From Phoronis australis (Eukaryota; Animalia; Phoronida), in the NCBI GenBank assembly GCA_002633005.1, contig NMRA01000040.1, forward strand, positions 808,207-863,715: a stretch of 55,509 nt of DNA. The letters run 5' to 3'. The first letter of the stretch is position 1, and each line of letters begins with the position of its first letter. A program made the translations under genes and the position numbers. Of the stretch, positions 1 to 12,262 are shown one piece after another. Below the pieces are notes generated by a model. The model was given only the letters and a program-made list of their open reading frames with translations, was not told where the DNA came from and ran no database searches.

Positions 1-1
1 A

Positions 2-1161
2 ATAGGCCTTTTGCGAGTTTATAACAATAACGCGAGATTATGTGAGACTTAACTGTGACGTCACGGGAAGTGGGGCAAAAGCTTGTCGTTTGGTCATTTG
101 CCCAATACGGTAGCAGAGTGTATTCTGTTATTGTCTTCGAGTTTTTAGCCGTTTAGTTCGAAAAATGTCCAAAAGCATTGCTGTTATGGCAAATGAACTT
201 CAGATTCGCACTACAATACGTTCTATCGCGTTCTGTACTAATTTCGTCCCGTGTATTTTAAACGGGCGGTAGGCGAAATCCGCTCACTGGTAAAGTTTTC
301 ACCTCGTCGAAAATACATTCTACACATAAAATTAGCACCTAAAAGGCTTTTACTTTCTTCAGTGACTCTTTCTGCTTCTAAGCATATCTTCGATGAAGCA
401 TATGCGGGAATTCAGGTGACTTAGGCGAAGAATTCCAACTCCACTTTGTGGTTACTGTTAACTTTGCCGCGCGCGATTACCACAATCAAGTAGTTCAACT
501 GAGTCAGGTGAATATGAGGCAAAGGCTAGCGCGACACTGAGCGAAGCGCGAGATCTGGCGCGTGACACTTGCAAAATAGCATGAGAAAATATCAAGTGAA
601 ATTTGTAAGATTTGTGTCCCTTGGACTTTTTGTTCGTCAACAGGCGTGATTTCACGTAACTTCTTCAAAATGGCGGCTCTTTAGTGAGAGAAACTCTAGA
701 GAACCGCGAGGTTTTCATGAATGTGCTCAAATTATTTGTAGACTAAATTGTGTCCAGAGTCAGGGTATGTGTTAATTATAACTTCATGTGCACATATGCA
801 TGTTTCATTTGATTTCATTTGCTGTATTTTGAAGTGAATATCTTTTTATGGGGATACACTATCGCCCCTGTATGCCTGCGCCATTCAGGCCTAGAGCGGG
901 TTAAGTTCCAATTTCAGTCCATTCACAGCTTCGCATAACATAACAAGGTCACATTTTCTTCGTCTAATCACAGTTATTCCACGACCCGTCTACCATATCT
1001 TAAGTTGTTTTAACGTTTTAAGCGTAAAATTCACCATAAGAACTCCAGTAAGTTTTAGCGTGTGTAGCAAAGACTCGGGGCAAAACAAGAGCAACATGGC
1101 GGGTTTTGCCCCCTTTCCGGTGACGTCACAGTGACTAGCGAGAAACTCGCAAGTGAGCTAT
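2..1161. mobile_element. ISL2EU-like non-autonomous DNA transposon with decayed THAP-domain remnant
   Basis: Imperfect terminal inverted repeats (aATAGGCCTTTTGCGAGTTT vs AAACTCGCAAGTGAGCTATt) plus a subterminal inverted motif (ACTGTGACGTCAC-GGAA-GGGGCAAAA, ~52-80 vs ~1085-1134), flanked by AT. At ~165-255 the + strand reads MSK/KHCCYGK*TSDSHY...NFVP (frameshifted), resembling a THAP zinc-finger N-terminus. Confidence 0.6.
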
Positions 1162-1280
1162 TAACGATTTATTCTACACTGGAAAAACCAAAGACAATTG
1201 CCAACATGGTGGCTAAACCGGAAGTAACTGTTCCGCATAAAACATGCCTACGACTAAATCACTATACTACACCCTGAAGA

Positions 1281-4200
1281 CCCAAGGATGGTGGAATGAA
1301 CCCTATCCCTATAACTAACAATGTGGGTTGAGCATCTTGGAAAGTATAAGCACAATTGTTGATTTCAGAATGCGCTTATCAGCTGCTGTCTGTTGACTTC
1401 AATATTTCCTTCGAATTAAACTCCTTTAAAGGTGCTTTGAATGCATTGTATGTGACAAAGAATAAATTTTGATCTGAACAACTTACCACTACATACAGGA
1501 ATTGGAAAGACTAAAAGAGGAAAATTTTCCAGATGATCTATCGTTTCACAAATAGGCTTGTGTGACATAAATATTTTTTTTTCGTGTTTTAAAATTTAAT
1601 TAATAAAATCAAAGTCTTTGCATGAATGAAGTCAAAGTAATGATAAAAAAGAGGCTTGAAATCAAACAAGAGGGAATAAAAACAAAAAATATGAAATCCT
1701 CTTAAAAGAGAAAATTCCAAGCCATGTTTCTATCCCTGTCTAAACCTGTTCCTTAGTGGACTTGGAAGAACTCAAACTTTGTTATTGCACAAAGCCATGG
1801 TTATTGCACCATGTCTTAAGCAATAACAAACTATCGTTCAACGGAAGCCAATGTGCCACATGTAATCTTAGTAAGGAACAGTACGAGATCAAGAGTCTAA
1901 CCACGAGCACACACGCGAAGACTGACACCAGACACTAGTATCCAAATCCAACTGCTGAATATGCCAATCTCCATGCGACCATTTTTGATTAGTTTTATGC
2001 TATTATTTAGGCCAAAATCAACATTGTTGGTAGTGAGACCAATCTTATATTGTTACATGACGGTTCTAAAAAAAGGTTGGGTTAATAGCAGGTTACAAAA
2101 TGGTACACTTTGTGGATAAGTAACTTAAAATGGGTTCATTTTAGTACAGATGCTTTCTTATTCTCCACATTGTATTTAAATGCTTTTGGGCTAAACAGGT
2201 TCTAGCTCAGTCTTGGTGGATTGATTTAAAACCCTGAAAAGGGATTATGAGATCATGTTTCGTGAATACACCTCCAGAGTGATGCTTTCAATCCAAATTG
2301 AACTTGAAATTGTTTTTGTCACTTCCAGTCCACTTCCTTGCAAGTTCAAGATAGTACTTGAGGACCACTAGATTCGAGCTAAAATTTGAGTAAAAACTCA
2401 AGATTTCTAACAAAACCTCGAGCTCAGACTCAAACTCTTAGCTCCAATGCTGTTATCATCAATTGTCATAAATAATAAAAATAATCTCTAGTAAAAAAGT
2501 TGAAACCCAGGGCCCAGGTGTTACTTTCATAATGGTCTATGCTTTCACAAGGCAGTGAATGTGCAACTTGAATGGTAGTCTGGTCTTTAATGACCTATTT
2601 CCCCTGCACCATTGGTGTAGTCAGAATTATTCAACAGAAATTGTTGGTGACCAATGATTGTGATTGTGATGAGAGGCAACCTGGAGGCACTGCATGAACA
2701 GGGGACAGGGACAGGGGAGCTAGGCAAGCACAAAACCGGATTGAGTTTCTATCAGGGGAAGGGTCTACAATGAAGATGGGGTGGCCCTGTTGTGCGCCCC
2801 ACCAATATAGTGCCCAGACTTAGTACTTCAGTCTATCCCTAACCTAAACCATATTTCTGATCAATACATCAGCAAAATAAAGTTCCCAAAGGGTAGAAAC
2901 AAATTTCATGGCATGTTGTGTGATTTGTAGCCTATGAGTGTAATGTTTATAGGAACACATTAATGACATCACGGTTTTTAATTTTGAGTCAACGTGAGGG
3001 TGTTTGCCAGTTGAAATGTTCTGAAGCAATTCACACTGCTCAACTCTTGCCACGAGGAGGCCCCCTCAATAAGAGTCAAATTTGTAATTTTGAAAAACTG
3101 TTCGAAAAGACAGAAATGTTGACTAAAATCACTGCTGCATTATGTAGATCCTAACCACAAGAATGACACACTAGCATGTTGTTCAAAACACTGAGAAAAC
3201 ATAATGGTAATAGTCACATAAAGGGGACCCCCACTTTGAGAACCATGCAGTGTTTTCAACTGCATAACAGGAACCTGTTTTTCACTGAATAACAGACATT
3301 AAAACTTGTTCTCAAAATGCAGATTGCCAGTGAGTGACTATTGCCTGGATAACAATCCAACCCATATAACGCGCAAGAAGCCGTCAATTTGCGTTAAGTG
3401 ACCCAACTCAAAATCTTTGAAGTACCCTGAGCTTCCAATTTTGAAATGTGAGATGTTTTTGCAACTAGTCATTTCAACGAACCAGGTTTTTAAATCCACT
3501 TGCTTACAATGACTAACGCCAGGATGCTTTGATTACAGCGAAACTCAGTAGTTTCGGAATGTTTTAGAATGGTTCCGAGACATTGTTTTGCAATTAGACT
3601 GAAATTAATAGATGATTGTTGCAAACTGCAACACTTGATGTCATGCGAATGTGGAAAGCAAAAAATGAAACAGTCGACTAGACGGGGTCCAGGAGAGAGA
3701 GGACACTTGCATAGATTGCATATGACCAAATGTGCCCCTCTGACCAGTGACTCAGGCATTACAAAAGTCAGCATGAAAGGGCGAATTTCCAAATAAATTC
3801 CACACAAAATATTTACTTTTTTGTTCGAACTGTATAAAATGATCCATTTTTCCACCAAAACCACTGAAGGTTTCATATACAACTGAGGCTTGTTGTGTTA
3901 AAAAGAATACAGCCCAGAAAGATTCTTGCTGAAATTCAATTCCCTGTAAATAATAACTTTGCGTTATTATTTTATCAGAAAAGTTGACTCTTTCATTGAG
4001 GCTCTCACCAAAACGGGTCAGTTTTAATGACTGTGCCAACTCACAAAGGGGTGAGGTTTTATCTTGCTGATTATAGAAAAGAGTGGGTATAATCATAATT
4101 TCACAGAACAACCTCCACTGTACGATGGCAGTCAAAGGCACTGCTGAATGGCACCGCCAAAAGCGATAAAATCAGTCATTATAACACTATTGCTAGACTG

Positions 4201-4859
4201 ATTAATGTTTGTGTGTTTAGGACCATTGACTGTATTTCTATGCTCCTAACTTCTGTTAGAAGTGACAAGTGTGCCAGTGACAGTGACAGTGTATTATATC
4301 CTTAAATGACCCACCAGTTCAACCTTCACGGTATTCACGGGAACTTATATAACGCACATGAACATGTTAACATACGAGATGGTGTGCTCTGGAAAGATCG
4401 AGACAACCTCCCGTGGCCGCGACGCACTCAGCTAGTCCTTTCCCGCTATTCGGTGCTATACTACGCGACTGTTGTGGGTGGCCAAATGCAATAATGGGGT
4501 AATGGCAGGTAATGCCGGCCTATTTCTTCCACAAATTATTTCGTAAAAAATTACATTACTTCAGAATCCAGCATAGTATACTGGACAATTATCATAAAAT
4601 GTTTCGTATACGTTACTGGTGATGTATTCATTGACTCGTTAGCTCTGAAATGCAGGAGTTCGATCAAAACAGAGAGATTTAAACAGCTGTAAATACATCG
4701 ACATTCTTTCACTGGAAGTCGCCATGTTGGTGAACTAGTTTGACCAATAGAATGCCTTGTTTCTTGAAATCGGAACAGCCAATGATATTCCAAGAATGCG
4801 GATGGAAAAGTGCCCTGTAGCAGACCCCAACCAATCTCGTGGGTCTGTGCAGGAGACTA
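1281..4859 (+). repeat. 3.6-kb dispersed repeat 'C', copy 1 (probable non-autonomous DNA transposon, Academ-like right end)
   Basis: Colinear direct homology with 43604-47221 from CCCAAGGATGGTGGAATGAACCCTATCCC to GGGTCTGTGCAGGAGACTA, where both copies diverge at the same base. A subterminal hairpin (CAGACCC...GGGTCTG) lies just inside this end. Confidence 0.8.
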
Positions 4860-5858
4860 GTGGCTTATCCGCGTAATTGTACTCCGCGTTGCTCGAACAG
4901 CTAGAAAAAATACGGACACTCAACTGTCTGTTTTACAATACCTAAGGACGTTGGGATTCGGAAGCGTTGGGTCCTTGCAACACGCCGCGAAGAAGGAAAA
5001 TATGTCCGTGTAAAATTTATAACTGTTTTCGAATCATAATTTGTCGCATCTCGGTTGCCGCCATAGCAACGAGGACCGGACAATCTTCGGCTAGCCAGGC
5101 TGTGTTTTCATGACTATGGGTTGAAGCGCGATGCATTTTTCTTTACCCATAAAGGACAGGGCCCTCAATCCCTCAATTTTGGGGCCAAATATATCGGCCC
5201 CATTCCCCTCTCAAAAATATTGAAAAGTCACGCGAAATTCCCTGCCCCACCGACGAGGCCTAAAAATTCTCTTAGTGAGCAGAAGGTATACATCCTCGGC
5301 GCCCGAAACTTCCGGGCCGCCTGCGTGCATACAATCGCGCTTTGCCCGCTTCTCCGAGGATGTCGGGCCCCCTCTCATGGTATCCACTGAAATTGCTACT
5401 TGAGACAGAGCTATGAGAGCTTGCAACAGGGCGGGGTGCTATTGATGGTGATCGGGAGGTCAGTAGATTTTTCACTGACCCGTCACTCGGCGAAACGTTT
5501 CCCTCTCACTGGAAGGCCGCACAGGTACCTTTCCCCTAGGATATGAACGNAGCCAGGATTTTGCCCGTCAGACATTCGCGCTACTGAACTGCCAAATGGA
5601 ATCTGGGAGAATTTTAGGGGGGGGGGGCATGGCCCCTTGGCTCCCCTCTAAATCCGCCACTGTGTTTTGTCCAGTTAAATGAAATTGAGCTGTAAAACGA
5701 GGTTATGCTTTGGACGAAAGAATTAGGTGTTTTAATTTTAAAATTCAACTTGGTCGAGATTGATATTTGAAAAATATAACACATGAAATAGACGATTATT
5801 AAAACCAAGAAAGCAGAATTGACGGTCATATAATTTTTATTTTCAATTGCGAGCCTGG

Positions 5859-5935
<77 letters not shown>

Positions 5936-6481
5936 TGTTAGTCCCGGTAATGCCTACCTCACCAGGACCTAGGCTATGCTTGAAACTAATAGGTCTACTC
6001 TTGATCAACAAATTAACCAGATGTGACTAATTGCACATGACAGCAAAATGCTATGAGCCACCACTGTCGAATATTATTCAACTCGTCAACAATACGACCA
6101 TATGACCTGGTTCGTGTAGAAAGCATTTTTGTCAAGAATTTATTAGAAGAAACGTAACCCTGCATTCAGCATGATACCCAATCCGTAACACTACGACCGC
6201 CGCAATTTGGTCATGTTTACTACCGGTATTCATGTTTCGAACCTAATTTTCCGAAAAAAAATTATATCCTTTCGTCAAACAATTCTTTGGTGCATTGACT
6301 TGTTCTTTAACTGTATTTTTCTACGTCTCTGTGGTTAATTATTGACACATTTTTTAAGATTTAATATTCAGGTTGGACTCCAAAGACCGGCCATTTAACA
6401 CACGCAATGTAAAATTCCGCTTTGTTTATCGCAGTGAGCCTCGCTTTGGATTTTAATGTCCGCCGCGTGAATTGGGTCTAT
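4860..6481 (-). mobile_element. Element 'A' copy 1 (ISL2EU-like non-autonomous element, one end missing), inverted relative to copy 2
   Basis: Reverse-complement homology to 20554-22465 throughout; ends ...CGCCGCGTGAATTGGGTCT-AT. Homology stops exactly where repeat C ends. Confidence 0.75.
5863..5933. repeat. (TA)n microsatellite
   Basis: About 35 uninterrupted TA units. Confidence 0.97.
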
Positions 6482-8890
6482 GTCACAGAAAGATGGCTTT
6501 GCTGTAGTTCAAATTGATACGGACGTGAGATCGTCTATGCTTGGATAGATTTTATAGTGAGGCAGTAGGCTTGATGATGCCGGTGGCGATTTCTTTATCG
6601 GCTCTGCCCCTTTTTGTACTCAAATGCATGTACCCTGGTATTAAGAAAACTAAAAACAATGAAACATCAAATAGAAAGTTTATTCAATTTAATTACAAAT
6701 CAAAAAGTTTATTCATATTGATTGGATGTTCCCCATCAATGCGAATGCCCGGGGCCGTTTTCCCGTGCCCCCTCCCCCCCTTCTGCACGCTTGACTGCAG
6801 TCAGGAAATCGAAGTAATTTCCTAAGAATGGATTTTTAGTTCACCCAGATAAAACCCCGGGATCACGATGCTGACGAAGGTTCCAAATTATAAATGCAAG
6901 TATTATGTTAAGGTTCACAACTAGGAAAGCCGAATTACTCCAGTACAGCAGATTTTGTTGTCAAAGAAATGCAATACTTTTCTAGGAAGGTCAATTTACT
7001 TGATTTGCTTGGAGTGTAGAGGAAGCCATTGCATATGGCTTACCTCTGTCACGAGATTAAGTCTGCGATACTAGGCAACCGGGACCGTCAATGTAAATGC
7101 CTAGGCAGAGTTGAAACATTTCGTGGAAAACGCAGCAGATTAAAGGAGAACACAGGCCTAACCTTATCCGGAAGGTGAGACACAGGACATAACTGATCTG
7201 ATGCCGTGTTCTTTAACAAAATTTTGTCGTTATCAAACACACATTTTCCCTTCTAAAAGGCTAGCTATTGGACGAGCGATATTTGACGTTGGTATGGTCG
7301 CTGCAGACGTAGGACTAAGAGTCAGTGTAGAGATGAATGCAGGGCATATTTGAATTTTGCAAAGCTTCATCGAAATATATACTCGTCGATTTTTAGTCAA
7401 GGCAAATGTTCATAATTAAAGCGAACTACAACAAGAAAACATGTTTGGTCAATTATAATACAGTCAGTCCGGAAATTCATGCGTGAATGATTTTGCTTGC
7501 AATGTAATACAAAAAGAGTGTGGAGTGTGATAGGACTCCGACAACGATTGTATTACCAGTTTAATTGACAAAACGCCATAAAACCATAAACCATCAGGTA
7601 TATTTTATGTTATAAAGAACTTGTCATGAAATCCGTGATATATTCCTGATATATATTACTTAGTATATTGGTTTGATAGTTTTTTTAGTATTAACACTTG
7701 ACTAGCAGATTTTCTCTGTTTATAGTAACTTGTTTTGGCTTTCTGCTGAGTCAGTGGTCCTTCTTGTGCATCCACATATGTTTTGTTGAACTCTAGTATG
7801 TAATGGCAAACACGGCAGAGTAGTTTTATGATTGTTTTGTAGGTTCATAGAGTTGTTTACTGTTATTTCTTGTAGGACCTTGAACCATGAAGTTTAGTGC
7901 ACGCAACCCACTCATTTGTAACTTGTATATAAACCTTTCACTTTTCTAATAAAGACAGTCCTCGCTTTGCTACTGTCACTGATTGCTATTACTAGTGTAA
8001 CTGAGTGTTCTGCACATAGCTACGGAATACAACCATCACATCGACGGTCACACCACACAACACAACGCTGCTGCTAAGTTCACTTCTACTCGAGTTACAT
8101 GTATACTACCTAACTACATATGGTTACACGTACTTAAAGGAACATTTAAGGTTTCACGACCGAAAAACGCACTTTTGAATTTATTGTTGGATGGAACAGA
8201 CTTCATCAAACTACTAGCTGTGACTAGATCTATAAATCAACAAAAGCAATTGTTGTTTATTAATTTTGTACAAAGGAGGCGTGATGCCTCCGAGGTGATA
8301 AGAATATAATTTTGCATGTAGTTCAGCAGACCAGATTTAATTTGAATACAATGAACTTTCCTGGATGGATCAACAACCACATTTTAGTGTTTTTTAATTT
8401 ATTACAAATTTTCAATTCTTGCAGGATCGACTAAGCGCTGATGCAAATCTTATAACATCACTTTCATGTTCAGCATATATCCCGTGATGAACATAGTCCG
8501 TGTCACAGCAAAGCACCGTTTCCTGAGGGGGTGGGGGTTGGCAATAAAGGAAACTATTGCGACGTAACTATAGGTATAGTACAGAAATACAGGCCCAGCT
8601 GGTGGAAATAGAGGTCAGATGACATGCACAAGCATATTCTATCTGCTTAAATGATGCCGCCAGGAGTGAAATTTCGCGTTCCTACTTACATGTACGAACA
8701 GATGGGGATTGTGAAAACTTTCATAAAATTTTGCACGCCTGAGAGACGCGCACCAGTCACGATAAAAGTTACACCATTACCGCAGAACGACTCTCAAATT
8801 TGATAACTCGGGACATCGATTTTACACCCGAAAAACGCATTTTGGTATAATTGTTAGAAGGGATAGAGTTCTTGAAATTATTAACTTTGT
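6482..8890 (+). repeat. Local segmental duplication, copy 1 (homologous to the 3' flank of the TRIM paralog)
   Basis: 6482-~7385 aligns directly to 17941-18525 joined to 22528-~22850; ~8420-8890 aligns to ~22950-23418 (e.g. CATATATCCCGTGATGAACATAGT, GAGGTCAGATGACATG, CGCAGAACGACTCTCAAATTTGA). Confidence 0.8.
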
Positions 8891-9820
8891 GTTCAAATCT
8901 TGAGATGGGCTTTTTATCCAGAATTGATGGTGACAAATGACATTCTAAAAGTCATCGAATTGCATACTTTAGCTCAAATAGAAGACAAAATCAATATTTT
9001 ATCTCAATTGTTATTTTGTAATGAATATTATTTTTAAAAAACTTATATTTTAAACTAAAGTTAAGAGCTTACAACAAGAAGTTTGGTGATGAAAGTGTAA
9101 AAGAAGAAAAAAAAGGAATACGTATCCGTCCTCTGCACGCTACTGTTGCCGTATCACATGCGTGTACTGCGCACATGATTGGGCCAGATCCTTTGCCATG
9201 GCAGCTAGGAAGCAACTGGAGTGGATGTCAATTCTGACCCAGAGTCAAAAACAGACAAGCTGGCTGAATAATTTCGTGATTATTATCAGAAGGTGAATCT
9301 CTGATTTATTACAAATGATACTCGATTGTGAAAAATATTGAATTACAAAATGTGATTTAATCAATAAATAAAAGAAATTATAAGTTCTCAAGTCACGTTT
9401 GTCGTCCATCAAAGTAAAAGTATAGTACGTAATAGCTTTTCATAGAATCTAAAGGTCTCTAATGTTATCATGTTGAGCTTACTTGATAACTTTTTTTAGT
9501 GGCAGGACAAAGTTCGTTTATCTTTCAGTGTACCGACTAGAATCGCACACTGGGAATCTTCAAGCAGTGCTGTAGTGGTAAAATTAGAGGTAAGTAGGCG
9601 CCCAATGCCCACTCAAGTGTGACGTTAATTTTACATTAGCAAGGAACAGAACATGACTGGTTGAAAGAGCCAAACAGGGTTTATTATAATCCAAATACAT
9701 TTTGAAAGAAGAAAGTTTTCATCAGGTGAGTAAAATTGATTACTCTTGCGGGTACGCACGGTACTAGAATCACCAGTAGGTGTTTTAAACAAATCATAAA
9801 AATATAAGATTCCTTTGCCT

Positions 9821-10239
9821 GGTTGCATGAAACAGTCCCAAATAGGGACCCAACTATTAACTACGAAGTTACCTAAATCTACAGCGTGCTTGTGGGCTTG
9901 TTAAAACGCTGATCGTCCTATATTATGTAGTATCAGTGCTAATCCAATTTTTGGCTTTGTTAAAAATCGAGAGTGAACTCTACGTTGAATTGTTTGTATT
10001 ATTGAAAGTAAGTCTGAAGGGATCTTTTCATGCATCGCCCCTGATTTAAGTCTAAGTCCCGAATTATTTTATTGAAATAAGGGCTCAGCTTTTAGCAACA
10101 TTATTTTAAAATGTCAGTTAAAAAGGAGCTCATAATAAAGATAAAATGACAGAAAAATCAGTGAGTAAAGAACTAAACAAATACGCAAAAGATTTAGGGA
10201 AAATAATTGAGCCCCTACTTGAGACTGTTTCATGCAACC
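9821..10239. mobile_element. PIF/Harbinger-like MITE
   Basis: TIR of ~27 bp GGTTGCATGAAACAGTC(C/T)CAA(A/G)TAGGG at both ends; flanks CTG/CAG-like, but the TSD is imperfect. Confidence 0.65.
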
Positions 10240-11825
10240 CAGTGGCCAATGAAGCTAGTTAACATAATGTTTTGTACCGTATATTCAACATGATTTAAAC
10301 TCACCCGGCAAATTATTTTGATGTTCTCTTAATTTGTCACAATGAAACAATCACAACGATTAAGGCAAGTGAACTTGTTTGTTTGATCGTTCATTTTTCA
10401 ATGAGCTGGTCAATGAGATTGGCAACATGACATTCATAATATGTTAACATAAGTGTCCAGTTTGTCTTAGCGGCAGAGCCTTCGACTTCTACTGTGGAAC
10501 TATTGGGATCCAGTTCGTGCTTCGGCTGATTTCTGCAAAATTGTTTTTCTCGCCGAGAAGCCCCTTGACCCTTGATGTATAATGCTTTATTCTACGCGTC
10601 TTTGTAAAGAGTATCGCTAAAAGTATTCTTTTTTCTTTGTGGTACAGTGTACGCGTATATATAGTTGTTAGTGACGTAGGCCAACATTTTGGGTGTTGTT
10701 AATGAAAAGGGTTTTTCGTCGATGCCTGGACTTTTGAAAGAAAACTACAATACGCGGACACTAAAAGGTTTTCATTTCAGCCAACAAACATATTTTCTAG
10801 GTCAAAGGGTCAGTCGCTAGTCTACAGTGTTCAGAGTCTGGGCTTTTGTTTGCAAAGAAGTTTCAGTCGAAATTTCTAAGAAGCAAGGATTCTCCAAATT
10901 AGACGTTCAACGTTAAAAAGGACATACTGTAGCTTATATTACAGGTTGGTACTCTTTCTTTTTATGTTTCTGGCACGTACACTTACAGATCTACCCGAAT
11001 TTATTACCAAGAAACGTCACAGTTTGCCATGATATTTGCTTAAAGCCTAGGAACCTTTTTGTTGTTACTTGGCGAATTCATTTTGTCAAGTACGTTACTC
11101 TGTCATAGATTTTTGTTATTTGTTTTTTCATTTGCCCAAAATTCTTTTTCGCATTGTTTTTTTCTCAACCCGATATCTCAGTTATTGGGTGATAACACTC
11201 AACGGTCAACCATGCACTGAAACAAACCTTATATTTAACGTTGCTCTCTGATGTACATTTAGCCACGCAATCTACAGATGGGTCACTCGCACGAAACCCC
11301 GTCATGCCTGTCTGCCATTTCGGAACGGCCTAAACAAGATCGGGAATTGGTTCTCAAAAGTGCGACAAGGGCTACTTTTTCCCTTAATTTGTTTTGGCAC
11401 AAAATGCATGGACGTATATCCCGAGGTGCGTCGCAAGCTCCGTTTTCAGAGATAAAAAGGAGACCGTATGCAGGCAAAATGAAGGTCATTTACATGTATT
11501 ATGTTCATAAAAATGCCAAATCTGTAGGTCCATTTGTTTGCGATTTCAATGCTCTACTATATTCAAAATATGATGATTGGTTCCGTTTCCTGTCTCTGTG
11601 GCTCGTCACTGGCCCTTAACTCTTAATTATCTTCAAAACAATTTGCTTGGGTCTTAGTGATCTCTAGCTTTGGGAAAAATACCATTAAAAGTCAATTTTG
11701 AGTTTTGCTGTTTTACGTTCATTCCAAAGTTTTATAGTGTTCACGTTTGGACGCTTTTAATTTGTTTACTAAACCTCAAGATTGGGTGAATTAATCCAAA
11801 CTTCTAAATTGACGCATACGTGATG

Positions 11826-11859
11826 GGTGTGTGTGCATGTGTGCCTGTGAGTGTGCGCG

Positions 11860-11911
<52 letters not shown>

Positions 11912-11943
11912 TGTGTGTGTGTGTGTGTGCGTGCGTGCGTGCG
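11826..11943. repeat. (GT)n/(GCGT)n microsatellite
   Basis: Long GT dinucleotide run; explains the HT/VC-repeat ORFs in the track. Confidence 0.97.
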
Positions 11944-12262
11944 TTTACGATACGATAACGTCGCACGGAAAGAGACGGATATTGTATCGAATGAGCGTGG
12001 GTTAACCAAGGAGTGTAGTCAACTTCTTGGTTTAACCCTGATACATAGCAAACAAAACAAAATTGCGCTGAAACAAGCAAAAAACAGAGACCAGATGCAC
12101 CAAATCCAAATATAAATCTTTTATAATTTGAGTAGCGTTTTGTGCAGCCAAATCGATATTTTATATTTTGAAATTTAAAAACATTGAAAATAAAAGTCTG
12201 TAAAGGAAAAAAGTAGTGTTAATTCAATTGATGGTATTTACAGTACAAGCAAGCTAACGACT

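Noticed and set aside
458-904. TTAA-bounded insertion (piggyBac-like right end GCGGG-TTAA) within the first element
   Set aside because: The left side does not form a matching TIR.
3490-4141. ORFs of ~130 aa in repeat C, echoed at 46025-46583
   Set aside because: Frames are broken by different indels in the two copies and show no recognisable domain; similarity reflects DNA-level duplication.
7503-8128. Possible solo LTR (TG...CA ends, internal AATAAA)
   Set aside because: No TSD at either candidate start and no second copy or PBS/PPT visible.
11769-12115. Four overlapping His/Thr- or Val/Cys-rich ORFs
   Set aside because: Translations of the (GT)n microsatellite.
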